From assembly GCA_951406725.2 (NCBI GenBank), contig OX597827.1, positions 84,196,001 through 84,260,000 of the forward strand: a stretch of DNA of 64,000 nt. The letters are read 5' to 3'. The notes beneath the pieces are model-generated. The model saw nothing but the letters and a program-made list of their open reading frames with translations, was not told the origin of the DNA and did not search any database. Made by a program: the position numbers and the translations under genes. Source of the stretch: Octopus vulgaris. Lineage: Eukaryota. Positions 14,325 through 28,244 of the stretch are shown here, in pieces (position 1 is the first letter of the stretch; each line of letters begins with the position of its first letter).

Positions 14325-14337
14325 ATTTTCTTTGATG

Positions 14338-14394
<57 letters not shown>

Positions 14395-14457
14395 TATATG
14401 TCTCCATGCACACACACATATACACACATACATATATGTGTGTGCGTATGTGTGCTG

Positions 14458-14551
<94 letters not shown>

Positions 14552-14610
14552 ATGTGTGTATATGTATATAAATATATATAGATATACATATATACATACA
14601 CACACACATA

Positions 14611-14643
<33 letters not shown>

Positions 14644-15604
14644 GTCTATATGTATTATATGTATATGCTTGTATGCATACATATGTACGTATGTATGAAT
14701 GTGTGTGTGTGTGTGTGTGTGTGCGTGTGTGAGGTATCGTTTTGTATAAAACCTTAGTTTGATTTATACATGCGTATAGCAGAAGTTTGTATATACGTGC
14801 GTATCGCGATTATAATTTGTGTTGTAGTATAACTATGTTAAAATGTTGCAGTGTGGGTTGTAGTATTAACTGGTTACATACCAGTTATATACCGCAAGTG
14901 CACCAAACCACAACATCCCTCCATTTTCAGATTTATATTAATATATTGATTTCTGACAGAATTCGTGTTTGTATCATATGTGGTCGAGTATTCCACAGAC
15001 ACTACTTATCCACTAGGAGACAGAATGACGTTGTATTTAACCAGATTAAGATTTCCAGTTCCCCTTCATCTCACTCTCTTATCCATAAATTTAGATTAGT
15101 TTTGTTTGCTATTATCTACTCCTGAACAAACCTATAGAGATCGGTGTGTGTGTGTGTGTGTGTGTGTGTAGATTAAACGAAACTATGCGGACCAATGATA
15201 AGCAACTGTCTTTTCCCATTGATGCTTATTTCTGGACAGAGAAAGGAAGATCAAATTCAGTCATTATTGAGATCTCATCAATAATTGTTTATCTACACTA
15301 GTCTAACTCTCCACGGCGGTAGTTATTATAGAGCCACAATTATTAATTGTACCATTGAATCGGAAACACTGATTTGCATAAAAAACGCATTCTTGGCGAC
15401 ATGTTAATTAGTTCTCAGATCTAATCTACACGTAGCTGAAATCTAATGGTTTGTTCTGTCATACATGATAAGAATTATATCTGTAATGTAACCCCTCCAA
15501 ATCGCTTCAGGATGATTCCTACATGATTCCCACGCGACATCTACGTGACTGTCTCATGAATCTCACTCAATAATTTCTCTTCTCTGAAGAAATATTTTTA
15601 TTAC

Positions 15605-15738
15605 AAGCTTGCTTCCCAAACTCGTGGTCTCGGTTCAGTCCCATTGCGTGACACCTTGGGCAAATGTCTTCTACTGTAATCTCGGTCCGACCAAAGCCTT
15701 GTGATTGGATTTAGTAGACGAAAACTGAAAGAAGCTCG

Positions 15739-15789
<51 letters not shown>

Positions 15790-15997
15790 TTTGTGTCTGT
15801 GCCTGTTTCCCACCACCGCTTGACAACTGGCTTTGGTGTATATACGTACCCGTAACTTAGCGGTTTGGCAATAGAGACAAATAGTACCCAGTATAAAAAA
15901 TAAGTAATGAGGCCAAGTCATTTGACTAAAAGTTCTTCAAGGCAGTGCCCCAGCATGGATACAGCCAAATGACTGAAACAAGTAAAAGATTAAAGAT
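15605..15997 (+). mobile_element. SINE family A
   Basis: Homology to the 10482 copy. Confidence 0.85.
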
Positions 15998-16109
15998 AAT
16001 TGAGAAGCACAACTCTTGGTAATATTTCCGTTTCCGTGTCAAACAATAATGCATTCACACGACTCGGCTGCACTTTCGCTGATTAAGGGATCACGTGAAA
16101 CACAATGGA

Positions 16110-16173
<64 letters not shown>

Positions 16174-16323
16174 TTCAATGGGGTTTGATGCTATTTAGAT
16201 CAAAGCCGATCTTCCAATTATTTGTGCTCATAACATGTCTCCTTCTTTGTGTCTTTGTCTTTCTCCTCTCCACTTTCTCTCTCCCCCTCTCTCTCTGTCT
16301 CTCTCTCTCTCCGTGTATACATA

Positions 16324-17465
16324 TAATGGAAAACCCTTAAAATTCCAAACAAATTTATTTTAATGTGGGGTAGGACCGCCTTTGGCAGTAATTACAGCTT
16401 GAATTCTACGAGGTATGGACTCGTACTAAGTTTGAATTGTTTCCAAAGGAATTCTTGTCCATTCTTCAGCTAAAACAGTCTCCAGTTCTTGTAGTGAGGA
16501 TGATAGAGGATATCGACTCCTTACTTGTTTTTTTAAAATGCACCATAAATGTTCAATAATGTTGAGATCTGGGGACTGTGGGGGCCAGATAAGATGTTCA
16601 ACTTCACTAGAATGTTCTTCATGCCATTCAGTAACAACTTTAGCTGTGTGAATTGGTGCATTATCATCCTGAAAGATTGCGTTTCCCCCTGGAAACAGTT
16701 CTGCTACCATAGGATGAATTGGATCAGATAAAATACTTAAATAGTCTTGACTATTAATTCTGCCATGAAGGGAAACCATTGGGCTGGTGGATTTCCAAGA
16801 TATAGCCCTCCAGATCATCACAGATCCTCCTCCATGTTTAACAGTTGGAAGAAAGCATTCTGGGTCAAATACCTCTTTTGGCTGTCTCCACATGTATACT
16901 CGGTCAGTGGTTGGAAATAAGGTAAGGGATGACTCGTCCGAAAAAATAACATTCTTCCACTGCAATTCTGTAGGTTTTTTTTTTACTCCACTCTAAACGC
17001 TTTGCAACGTTTGTTTTTGAAAGTAGTGGTTTTCTAATTGTAGCCCTTCCGTGAAATCCGGCTTTGTGCATCTCCCGGTGAACAGTTTTTGTGGAAATTG
17101 GGTTCTCGAGGTAGTCATTAAGCTCTGCAGAAATTCTGGGAGCTGCACTTTTGTGAGCCTTTCTAACAATTTGTGTAAGAGCCGACGGTCCCTATCTGAA
17201 AGTTTAGGTTTTCTTCTGGAGTTTTATTTCGACGAGGAGGTTTTCCCTCTTTTTTCAAAGGCTGTCATTACTTTCGAGACATTACTTCTTGATACACCAA
17301 ACATTTCGGCTGTTTTCGTTATGCTAGCCATTTTAGCGAAACATATTAAGCAACACTAATAATAAATCAAAAAACAAAAATAAACAAGCTTTTGACGGTT
17401 TTCTAGATATTTCAAAATTATGATGATATGATGCTAGGTGTTTCTACTATTTTGTCCAACAACTG
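16324..17465 (-). mobile_element. Tc1-like transposon with DD36E spacing, decayed (left terminus eroded)
   Basis: ORF 16426-16965 contains VIFSDES, KHGGGSVMIW, FQDDNAPIH, WPPQSPDLNIIE; TIR ...TATTTTGTCCAACAACTG|TA. Confidence 0.9.
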
Positions 17466-17489
17466 TATGTATGTATGTATATATATATG

Positions 17490-17546
<57 letters not shown>

Positions 17547-19182
17547 ATATGTATATATATATTTGTATATGTATATATATTTGTATATGTATATATATTT
17601 GTATATGTATATATATATTTGTACATGTATATATATTTGTATATGTATATATATTTGTACATGTATATATTGGTATAGCAGTTTGACTTACAAATATATT
17701 TCAGTATGACAATAGATTCACTTTGAAATTTCTCTTGCTATGAAAATAGTTTGACTTCATCTCTTCCCTACCCTTAATAAGGTTTTCATTCTTTTCGATA
17801 GTTTTTGGCCAGACCCATACGTTTTAATAATTACCTCCACAATCTGTGAACGATTCAGTGATAGCAACCAGGGTCACGTGGTGTTTTTACAAACATTTCT
17901 GACCACCACCAGTGAATGTAGTCGATAATGGCGACATGACCATCGCTTTCATGGATTAAAAATCTTTCGCTCTACGAATTTTATTTTCTTTAAAAATTTA
18001 TTTATTAATAATTCAGGAACAGTACTCACCAACATGAATTCTGGTAAGAATAACCAGAATATATTAAAACTGCTGACTTCGGGTGTTTGTAAGGACAAAA
18101 TAACGACTGATGTGCCTTTATTTTCTAGAAACGGGGGTTTCTGGAATCATTTTATTCATTAAAAAATTCGATTTTATGCAATATTTCATCTATATTTCAA
18201 GCGAAAATTGGAGAAAATCTCTCTCTCTCTCTCAATCTACCCCTCTTTTCTCTATCTGTCTATCTATGGTAGTCCATTATGAGCAGAGTCCAAGAGAGGA
18301 GCAAGAGATCGGAAGGGAAGGAGAAGAGATGTGTGTGTGTGTGTGTGAGAGAGAGAGAAAGTGTGTGTGTGTGGGGGGGCGGAGCAATACATTTCCTGAA
18401 AGTAAAATACTAAGACGGGATGATGGCAGTAAGTAGGAGTGGCGGGTTCAGTTCCTGTGCGTTACTCTAACAACATTGAGCGAGGAGATTCGTTTAAGAT
18501 ATTCAGCTAGTATTTCATTACTTGAAGGATGAATGGTAGCATTAACCTCGGCGGGATTTGATTAGAGATTATCAAATCCTAAATAAACGCAACAAGGTAT
18601 TTAGTGTAACACTCCCTCACTCCCAGGAAAGAGGGAGTGACGATGATGGTGGTGGTGGTGGTGGTGGTGCTGGGGAATCATTAAATGACACTTGAAAGCA
18701 TTTCTCTGTTGGTCAGTCAGTGTCCCTTGTAAGGGAACACAGGTGTGTCACGTGCTTGAATGTCCCCCAGCATATAGGTGTGGGGAGTGGGTGGACTTAA
18801 TCCTCATTTTCAAAAGACACAATGCTAAATACAAAAGTTGGTTCACTTCTTTTTTAATGCAGAATCGCGTGGCCAAAGTGAAAGTTGTTTTCTGATTCCT
18901 GCCCAAAGACGTCTCTGCAGAGTCAGCCAATCTCCCGGAAATGACAGCCAAATCTGTCACAAATCACACACTACGCATGAAATAAATGAAGGACGTATTG
19001 AACAATATAAAGTGTGATAAAGTGTGTGAGAACAAGGGATAGCCATGGCTGGAAAGGTGTTTCAGGGCTGACCTAGGTCTAAACAAGAGAATATAGTTAT
19101 ATGGAGATGATAGTTTAGAGTGAATGGAAAGCGATGTGGACATTGAGAAAGAAGCCGCTTCCCCCACGCACACACACACACG

Positions 19183-19232
<50 letters not shown>

Positions 19233-19713
19233 CGAGGCACTTTGGACAAATGCTCGGGTTGATTCATTTAACTAAATATTCCTGAAGGCTGTGCCCCAGC
19301 ATGGCCGCAGTCTAATGATTAAAAGAAGTAAATGCAAAAAAGATATACACATTTTGTTGAATACATACACACAGACATGTACATGCATACATACATAGAT
19401 ACATACACACATTCACACACGCATACATACATATATACATACATACACACATTCACACACGCATACATACATATATACATACACACATTCACACACGCAT
19501 ACATACATATATACATACACACATTCACACACGCATACATACATATATACATACATTCACGCATACACACTCATGCAGTTTTGTTGAAAATGATATGTTG
19601 TCAATAAAATATATTTTACATTCCAAATATATTACGATACTCTAAATTTGCGATTACACCTCTCCACCAGCCCACCACCCCGATATACGCATACACGCAT
19701 ACACACACACACA

Positions 19714-19761
<48 letters not shown>

Positions 19762-20370
19762 ACACCGACACACAAAAACCATGTTTGTTCATGACCACCA
19801 CCACCACCACCACCACCACCACCACCACCATCGCCACCACCACCGCCACCACCACCACCACCATCATTATCAGCAGTACTAACATCATCATTATCATCAT
19901 CATCACCAATAATCGCCCCCGTCCCTCTCCCCTCCTCCAATAAATATTTCGCAAATTAAAACCTCTCCACAAATGACATCCTGTCAAAGCCACGGTTTTA
20001 ATTTGACATTTTATTGCCAAATTTCTTGCCGCTTGTAAAAATAAAGAAAGAAATCTTTTTTGACACAAGTTGGCTTTTTATTTCATTCCGTTTTGGTTGT
20101 TAGCTGGTCCCTTATGTTTCCTGGCACGTTAAGGGCCGTTCTCACATGTAAATATCAACACCCAGAAAGGAGCTGTCAGCGCTTCACACATATTGTTTAC
20201 AACCTTCACTTGCTTCAGGTAACTTGCACGTCCCCACCCCACTCACTTTCACCATTCTATGGAATACCATTCTGCAGAACGCTCTACTGTAGAACACTAT
20301 TCTATGGAAGGGAATATCAAGTGTTCCCTGCTAATCCACCCAGGGTAACAATTCTCAGAGTGACACTGGG

Positions 20371-20446
<76 letters not shown>

Positions 20447-21031
20447 GTCTATTTATCTATCTGTCTGTCTATCTGTCTGTCTTTCATTTTATATATCTAT
20501 CTGTGTGTCTGTGTCTGTGATTATCTCGCCCTGTTTTTCGAGACCCTAATTAATCATTGACACAACGATACGTTATTTTAATTAATTGCACTGTATTAGC
20601 TCACCTCATTGAATATATTAGCACACTCCTGAGACTTTGGATTACATCAAGAGCATACTCCAGGGCATTTTAAGAATAGCTGTGTATGTATGTATATATA
20701 TATATATATATATATATAATGTATGTATGTATAATTCAGAAAATACCAAAAATGCATATAAAATAGAATATATATAATATAATTTATATGTACATACACG
20801 CACACACTTTTATGTATCTGTAAATGATGCACCATACAGTGTGAACCTATAAAACTAAATTAAATTTAAATATTCGAAAGCTTCGCTATGAGAGAATATA
20901 TAAAAATGTAAACATGTTCCTTCTTTGTCTTTGATAGGTCGAAAGGAGGAGACTAGCCTCCTGACGAAACGTTTTCCACTCCTTTGGGAAGCAGGCTTTC
21001 TTTGCTAATCAATAACGTAGAATATTTAGTT

Positions 21032-21076
<45 letters not shown>

Positions 21077-21323
21077 ACTTTTCAAAGTAAAGTTCAGTCT
21101 TGCTTGCTTGCTTGCAATGTTACACAGCCAAAGTGGCACATAAAGGGAAAATGCTCCGAAAGAAACTCTAAAATTTCCATTCGACACATTATGATAAGTA
21201 AAATATTTTAAAACAAAAACGACTTTAAAAATACGGTAAATATTTCGTAAAAGACCTGTTCGTAACCTTGGTGTGAAATAGTTTTTTTCCATAGGTTTAT
21301 TTCGAGTGCATTCAACGTATCTC

Positions 21324-21434
21324 ATTTGGTTGCTATTTCTAGCACGACCTGCTACCACGTAACAACCATTTGCGATAAAGGTCCCGAAATACCTGTTATG
21401 TGGTAGCAGAGCGTGCAAGAAATAGCAGCCAAAT
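21324..21434. repeat. Short fold-back (about 41-bp arms)
   Basis: ATTTGGTTGCTATTTCTAGCACGACCTGCTACCACGTAACA ... TGTTATGTGGTAGCAGAGCGTGCAAGAAATAGCAGCCAAAT. Confidence 0.8.
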
Positions 21435-21874
21435 CTTTCCTTTACTGGGGAAAGGAGCCGTTTATGCGTGATTTCAATGTTACATTCGTTGAAAGCATGC
21501 GAAATAACGTGGAAAAGAAAACAACCCCACGAAACAAAACTCCGTTGCTGGGAAACTCAGACGTCTCCGGTGATCCAACAGGTCACTACTCTAGTATATA
21601 TATATATATATATACCCACGCGCACAAACACACACATATAGTATATAGTAAAAATGAATTTCGTTGAAAAGATTTTCCCCACGCGGTGAGTTGTAGTGAA
21701 AAAATATATAACAAAAGAAGGAAAATGCACACAGTTTAAATATTCTAAATATATTTGAAAGAATAGAATATTATGATAGTCTACCGGTTTCGCTTATCAT
21801 GACATTGAAAGTGGTGAAAATATTGCAATTTCGTATTTTCTTGAGAGGCTTTTAGTCCATGCTGTTTGTATGAG

Positions 21875-21935
<61 letters not shown>

Positions 21936-22056
21936 TTATATGTAATACAATTGTCACATATATTACAGATAAATTCCTCTATTTACATAATGTCGAGGTC
22001 GCATTCATTCATTTATTGTCTTACCATTACTTTTAATATATATATTTGTAATATAA

Positions 22057-22219
22057 TATTTGGTTGCCATGATAAAACTCCGAGTTTCGAATGTCGGGGC
22101 GGAAACAGGCACCGGCATCTCTTCAGTTATCGAAGAATTGCCTCGATAACTGAAGCGATGCCGGTGCAGGTTTCTGCCCCGACATCCGAAACTCGGAGTT
22201 TTATCATGGCAACCAAATA
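22057..22219. ncRNA. Palindrome made of two head-to-head type I hammerhead-like motifs, flanked by about 85-bp direct repeats
   Basis: Minus strand: GATAA CTGAAGA [stem II] GAAA CTCGGAG TT TTATC; the plus copy has CTGAAGC; direct repeats at about 21949-22035 and 22219-22300. Confidence 0.65.
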
Positions 22220-22372
22220 ATTGTCACATATTACAAATAAATTCCTCTATTTGTATAATATCGAGGTCTCATTCTTTTGTTGTCTTACCATTACTATTAA
22301 TTTATTGATATATATATAAATATAAATATAAATATAAAGATATATATATATATGTGTGTGTGAGAGAGTGTG

Positions 22373-22404
<32 letters not shown>

Positions 22405-23161
22405 AGAAAATGTCAAAAAGGCATATAATAAAATGGGTGGACGGAGGAGACCAGAGCAAGTATCTAAAATCTGAATGTGAGTGAAGAGATGCCGGATCCG
22501 TGGAACCGAGCGTTGGCATTGGCAACGGAGAGGTCGATAAGATGAACTGTTGGTTGCGTGGTATCAAGTCATTTATAACATATTCATATAGAAGAGATTA
22601 CAAAAATATAACTTAGCAGAAAACTCTGAGAGTCTGGAGGGTGAAAATCCATAGTGACTCCTGGTAGATGAATGCAACTCTAGTAAATGCGTTCAACGAT
22701 ATCGTTGATAAAATAGGAGTGAATTGGAGTGATTGTTCGTGTTGGTTCAACCTAGATAAGTCAGGGAAATCGATGGAACCGTTAGTGATAGCCTCGCAAG
22801 TTCTGGATTGAAAAGCATAGGCAGTACTTTACATCTGTTTCTGAGGTATGGTGTTTATTACAAACAGTTATGTCCAGTGTGTCTACATATACATAAATTA
22901 GATTAGTGCAGACTACTGTATAAGAAGCAGCAAAATCGTAAGTGACCCATCGACAGAAGAAAAATGGATTTATGTTGCCACATCGACTTTTTGTGGCCGG
23001 GCTCAATAGAAGAGAATAAGAGCAGATTTTCAGAAACCGATCTCACATGGCGGAGACATAAGAGTGACAAGAATCACAGAGCTATGGGAGCGGCCTCAGT
23101 AAACTGTTGTAATTTACGTTTGCATTGAGTACTTCCTCTACCGTTCATTACCTGGCCAACG

Positions 23162-23197
<36 letters not shown>

Positions 23198-23476
23198 GTG
23201 CGTACACACATGTATATATGCACATATATGTGTATGAATAAATATCTATTTGTTTATATATTTGCGTATAGATGTGTGTGCTTATGAATATGATTGTCTG
23301 CATATATATATGTTTGTGTGTGTGTGTGTGTATGTGTGTGTGCATACATATATGCGTATATATATATATACATATATTTACGCATACATGTATGTATATG
23401 TATGTATGTGTGTGTGTATCTAAGTGTAAGGACATATTCTCTCTCTTTCTCTCTGTCTCTCTCTCAAACGCGTGCA

Positions 23477-23530
<54 letters not shown>

Positions 23531-23999
23531 TTCTGCCAAGGTACTAAGTTTTCGCTGCCAACTGAAGGGTAACAAACCGTTTCTGTTGCGATGATAAGAT
23601 TTCATCATGAGTCGCAGACTCATTTCATACGCAGCACTTTTCTCCTCTCTGTACGAAACTACTTCCCAATCCGGTGTCAGTTAGACACGGATTAATTAAA
23701 GGCAAAAAATTGAAAATTTAGAAAGTTTGACATCAGCAACATGTAATTTGAATCAAATTGTAAGGAAATAGTAATTAGTATTTGAGAAAGAGAGGAGATT
23801 GTTTCGTTGATGGAGAGAAAAGAAACTGCGCCATAAGATATTTAAAGGAGACGTCTTGTGGGCCCGGCTTGTTTTTAATGTACATACTTAGTGTTTAAAT
23901 GTTGGATTATTAAGTACTTGATTATATATCTGGATTATATAGACACATGGTTTAGATATTAACGAGCTATACTGTGTGCTGGGGGTGGTGGAGATGATT

Positions 24000-24820
<821 letters not shown>

Positions 24821-25035
24821 CTGTTGCTGTTCACTGGCTAGAAGCAAACTAATCACTGCAGAATGTTCGAGAGATATCGATCATTTACCTTGTCATTAAT
24901 TTGATCTTTGAACTAACCTTCGATTAGTCTGAGTCAGTGAAACTAGTCAAAGCTAACACAAACAACACTGAGATTAACTAACAGCCAGTAACTGTATTTA
25001 GTGTATATAAACATTAATATATTAAAACTGAGCAA

Positions 25036-25240
25036 AGCGACGAGCTGGCAGATTCGCTTCCTCGTCGGGCAAAAATCACTTGCCAACATTTTGTCCGCCT
25101 TTACGTTCGGGGTTCGAATTCCGCCGACATCGACTTTTCCTTTGATCTCCTTTCGGGTGTACCTTTCTAACACCGAGGTCCATGTAATCGATTGACCTCT
25201 CTTCTAAAATTGCTGACCTTCTGCCAAAATTTGAAACCAG
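25036..25240 (+). mobile_element. SINE family B
   Basis: GAGCTGGCAGA head, GGTTCGAATTCC B-box. Confidence 0.8.
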
Positions 25241-25508
25241 TATATTAACACTGGAGTTAACTGACAGCCAGTGACTGTTCTTTTTAATATGCATTATAAA
25301 CATTTGCTTTTCTCTTAGACATGACCGCTTGCTTCAAGAGTTTGTTTTCTAACCAAGTGGTTTTGAAGTCCAATTCCGCTTTGCGACACCTTCAATCAGT
25401 ATCTTCAAACACAGTCTCAGATCGACCAGTGTCTGAGGTCAGTCTTTTATACGACCAAAATCTTTTTGGAGGAATTTAGTGGACGGAAACTGTGTGGATG
25501 TTAGTCAT

Positions 25509-25565
<57 letters not shown>

Positions 25566-25758
25566 AATGTCAAACAACGAGTATGAGTGCTCAACACCGC
25601 ATTGGTGGATAACATTTCTTTATTTGTGTATGAAGTCTGTCATTGGTTTCATGTTAAGAAAAATATCTGAATATTTTTACAAATTTTCAAGCCAATCACA
25701 TGGAGTAATGGTGTTCGTCTCCATTTTGGATGAAAATGATATATATATAAATAAATAA

Positions 25759-25819
<61 letters not shown>

Positions 25820-25870
25820 ATGTTTTTTGTTAAAGCAGCGTCGATGTTTACAATTCTGTAAATAATAGTA

Positions 25871-26202
25871 ATAGTATTTTATAAGCTTAAAGCTTATAAG
25901 CGATCACCGCGCAGGGACTAAAGAAAATTGTCTAATAATGGGGCATATAATCCCTCGTCGGAAAAAGTAGATTTTCCCGTAGGCGTGGGACTCGAACACG
26001 CACCTCCTTGTTTTCGCGAGAAGAATGCTACCATTACACTAGTATTCTTATCGCGAAAAAAAAAGGGCTGTGGATTTGCGTACCCAGCGTACGGGAAAAC
26101 CTACTTTTTTTCCGTAGAGGGTTTATATGCCTCATTATTAGACTGTTTTCTTTAGTCGCTGCGTGGCGATCGCTCATAAGCTTTAAGCTTATAAAATACT
26201 AT
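25871..26202. mobile_element. Palindromic MITE-like element containing a tRNA-like Pol III promoter
   Basis: Arms ATAGTATTTTATAAGCTTAAAGCTTATAAGCGATC... and their reverse complement pair to the centre; minus-strand A-box TAGTGTAATGG (26031-26041) and B-box GTTCGAGTCC (25988-25997). Confidence 0.75.
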
Positions 26203-26235
26203 ATATATATATATATATAATATGTAGCTCACATC

Positions 26236-26341
26236 GTCTTTCATATTTTCGGGGTTAGCAAAATAAGTAATACTAGGGTCAATGTAATTGACTAGCCCCA
26301 CTCCTTTGAATTTCAGGCCTTGTGCCTATAGTAGAAAGGAT
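26236..26341 (+). mobile_element. SINE family B 3' half ending in an (ATT)n tail
   Basis: ...CAGGCCTTGTGCCTATAGTAGAAAGG-ATTATT, matching the reverse complement of the 53771 copy. Confidence 0.75.
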
Positions 26342-26399
26342 TATTATTGTTGTAGTTGTTGCTGCTGCTGTTGCTATTATTATTATTATTATTATTATT

Positions 26400-26953
26400 G
26401 AGTGAGAGAGCAGTTCATGCCATCAAAGTGACACTGGGGTAAAATATACGAAGCCCAATATACCCATCATGACTACCCGTCTGATAAAGGTACACCAGGC
26501 ACATGCATCACAACCATATGTGCGCGACATGGTGATCTCATATCAAGATAAACAGCACATGACCTTGCAGGTGGGGCCCAGTTAGAATTTTCTTCAGGTT
26601 GAGTAGCCCATCCTGCTCAAACGGTCCCTGAATAAGGGTTGCTTTAGGATGTTGAACGAAACACCTATGTTTCCAGAGGTGAACCATTCAAACTCCAAAG
26701 AATCCCTCTCAACACATGGCCATGATGCTCCCCCACTACTTCTGCTCGTGATCAGAGATGCACATATCGTCAGCCACTAAGGGACATGCTCAACTGGTTA
26801 AGGTCAAACAACTGACAAGCAAATCTGTGGTATTGAGCAGAATATTTGCTGTAGCCCATCTTTTATACCAAGACAAAACAATGTACATGATAACACTTCC
26901 AATCAGTTAAGATCAGAAGCCATGAGAGCCACTGCCTGGTACTGCATCAGGGC

Positions 26954-26955
<2 letters not shown>
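26400..26955. mobile_element. 555-bp non-coding interspersed element flanked by (ATT)n, copy 1
   Basis: End-to-end homology with 30651-31207; no ORF and no tRNA head seen. Confidence 0.85.
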
Positions 26956-27018
<63 letters not shown>

Positions 27019-27225
27019 TATGTTTGACTTTTGCTTTATATTTGTACAAGTTGGCTCCAAGTCTCACCCAGAGACCTCAAGAGACAACAGGGTTGGAAGT
27101 TCATGTTGTTGTTATGCCTAGTGTGCCATATATTTGGGGGGTGGGGGTGTTGTACTAATGAATGTCTAAAAAAAGTTTTTTTTTTTTTTTTAAACCGAAA
27201 ATTATGTTTGTTTTAAACCTTGAGA

Positions 27226-28038
27226 TTACATAGAAAGTATTTTGCGTAGGATATGAGCAGTTCCCATGAGCACTATCTTTTGAATTTCTGCCATTTTTGG
27301 GTTTCCTGGTATCTGAGTTAGGTAGCTATCAGCCCCTTTTGCTATCATTCCCAGGGCACCTATGACAACAGGTATTGTTTTAGTCTTCAGGTTCCACATT
27401 TTGCTGATTTCTATTTCAAGATCTTTATATTTGCTCAGTTTTTGGTAGGTCTTGACAGATACGTTTATATCGATTGGGACAGTCATATCAATGAGGAGGC
27501 ATGTTCTTTGTTTGAAGTCTTTCAATATGATGTCTGGCCTATTTGCATCTATCTTTCTGTCAGTTTGAATGGTGAAGTTCCAGAGGAGTGAGATGTGGTC
27601 ATTTTCAAGCACTGGGGGTGGTTTGTGTTCCCACCAGTTTTTTTCATGGGGCAAATCCAGGTTTTTACAGATTACCCAGTGAATATATTGTGCAGCTCTA
27701 TCGTGCCTGTTGAGATACTCTGTAGGCGCTAGAAGACTGCACTTGGAGACCACATGATCAATGGTTTCATTTTGTTGCTTGCATACACGACACGTTGGAC
27801 TGCTTCTGATCTTTAATATGTTGGCCTGGTAGTTTCTTGTTGGTAGGCATTGATCTTGAGCTGCTATGATAAACCCCTCTGTTTCAGATTTTAAGCCAGA
27901 GGCCATTAGCCATTGATGGATCAGGGCTTTGTCAACATCTGCATTATTTGCTCTCTTTGGGTATTTGCCATAGAGAGGTTTTTCTTGCCATTTATCATTC
28001 AGAATATCTAAGGCCGCAGATTTAGCACGAGTTTTCAT
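27226..28038 (-). pseudogene. CCHC knuckle and PD-(D/E)xK endonuclease of the Dong/R4 element
   Basis: 270-aa ORF: AAQDQ, CxxC-H-C, RHD, PD...D...K. Confidence 0.9.
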
Positions 28039-28244
28039 GCGCTTAGCTTTTTCTGTGCCCGTTTCTTGTATGTCTATCTCTAATTCCGAAATTTGTTATC
28101 TTCGGAATTCACTTAGATATTCCTTTGCCTGTTTTGTTACTGAGTATGATGCTTTCTTGTTTTCATGTTTTGAGACAAGTTTTAACATCCAGTCCTCAGA
28201 GTTTTTCAGGTAGGTGTCTAGGCCAATTGTAGCAATCTTCATTG

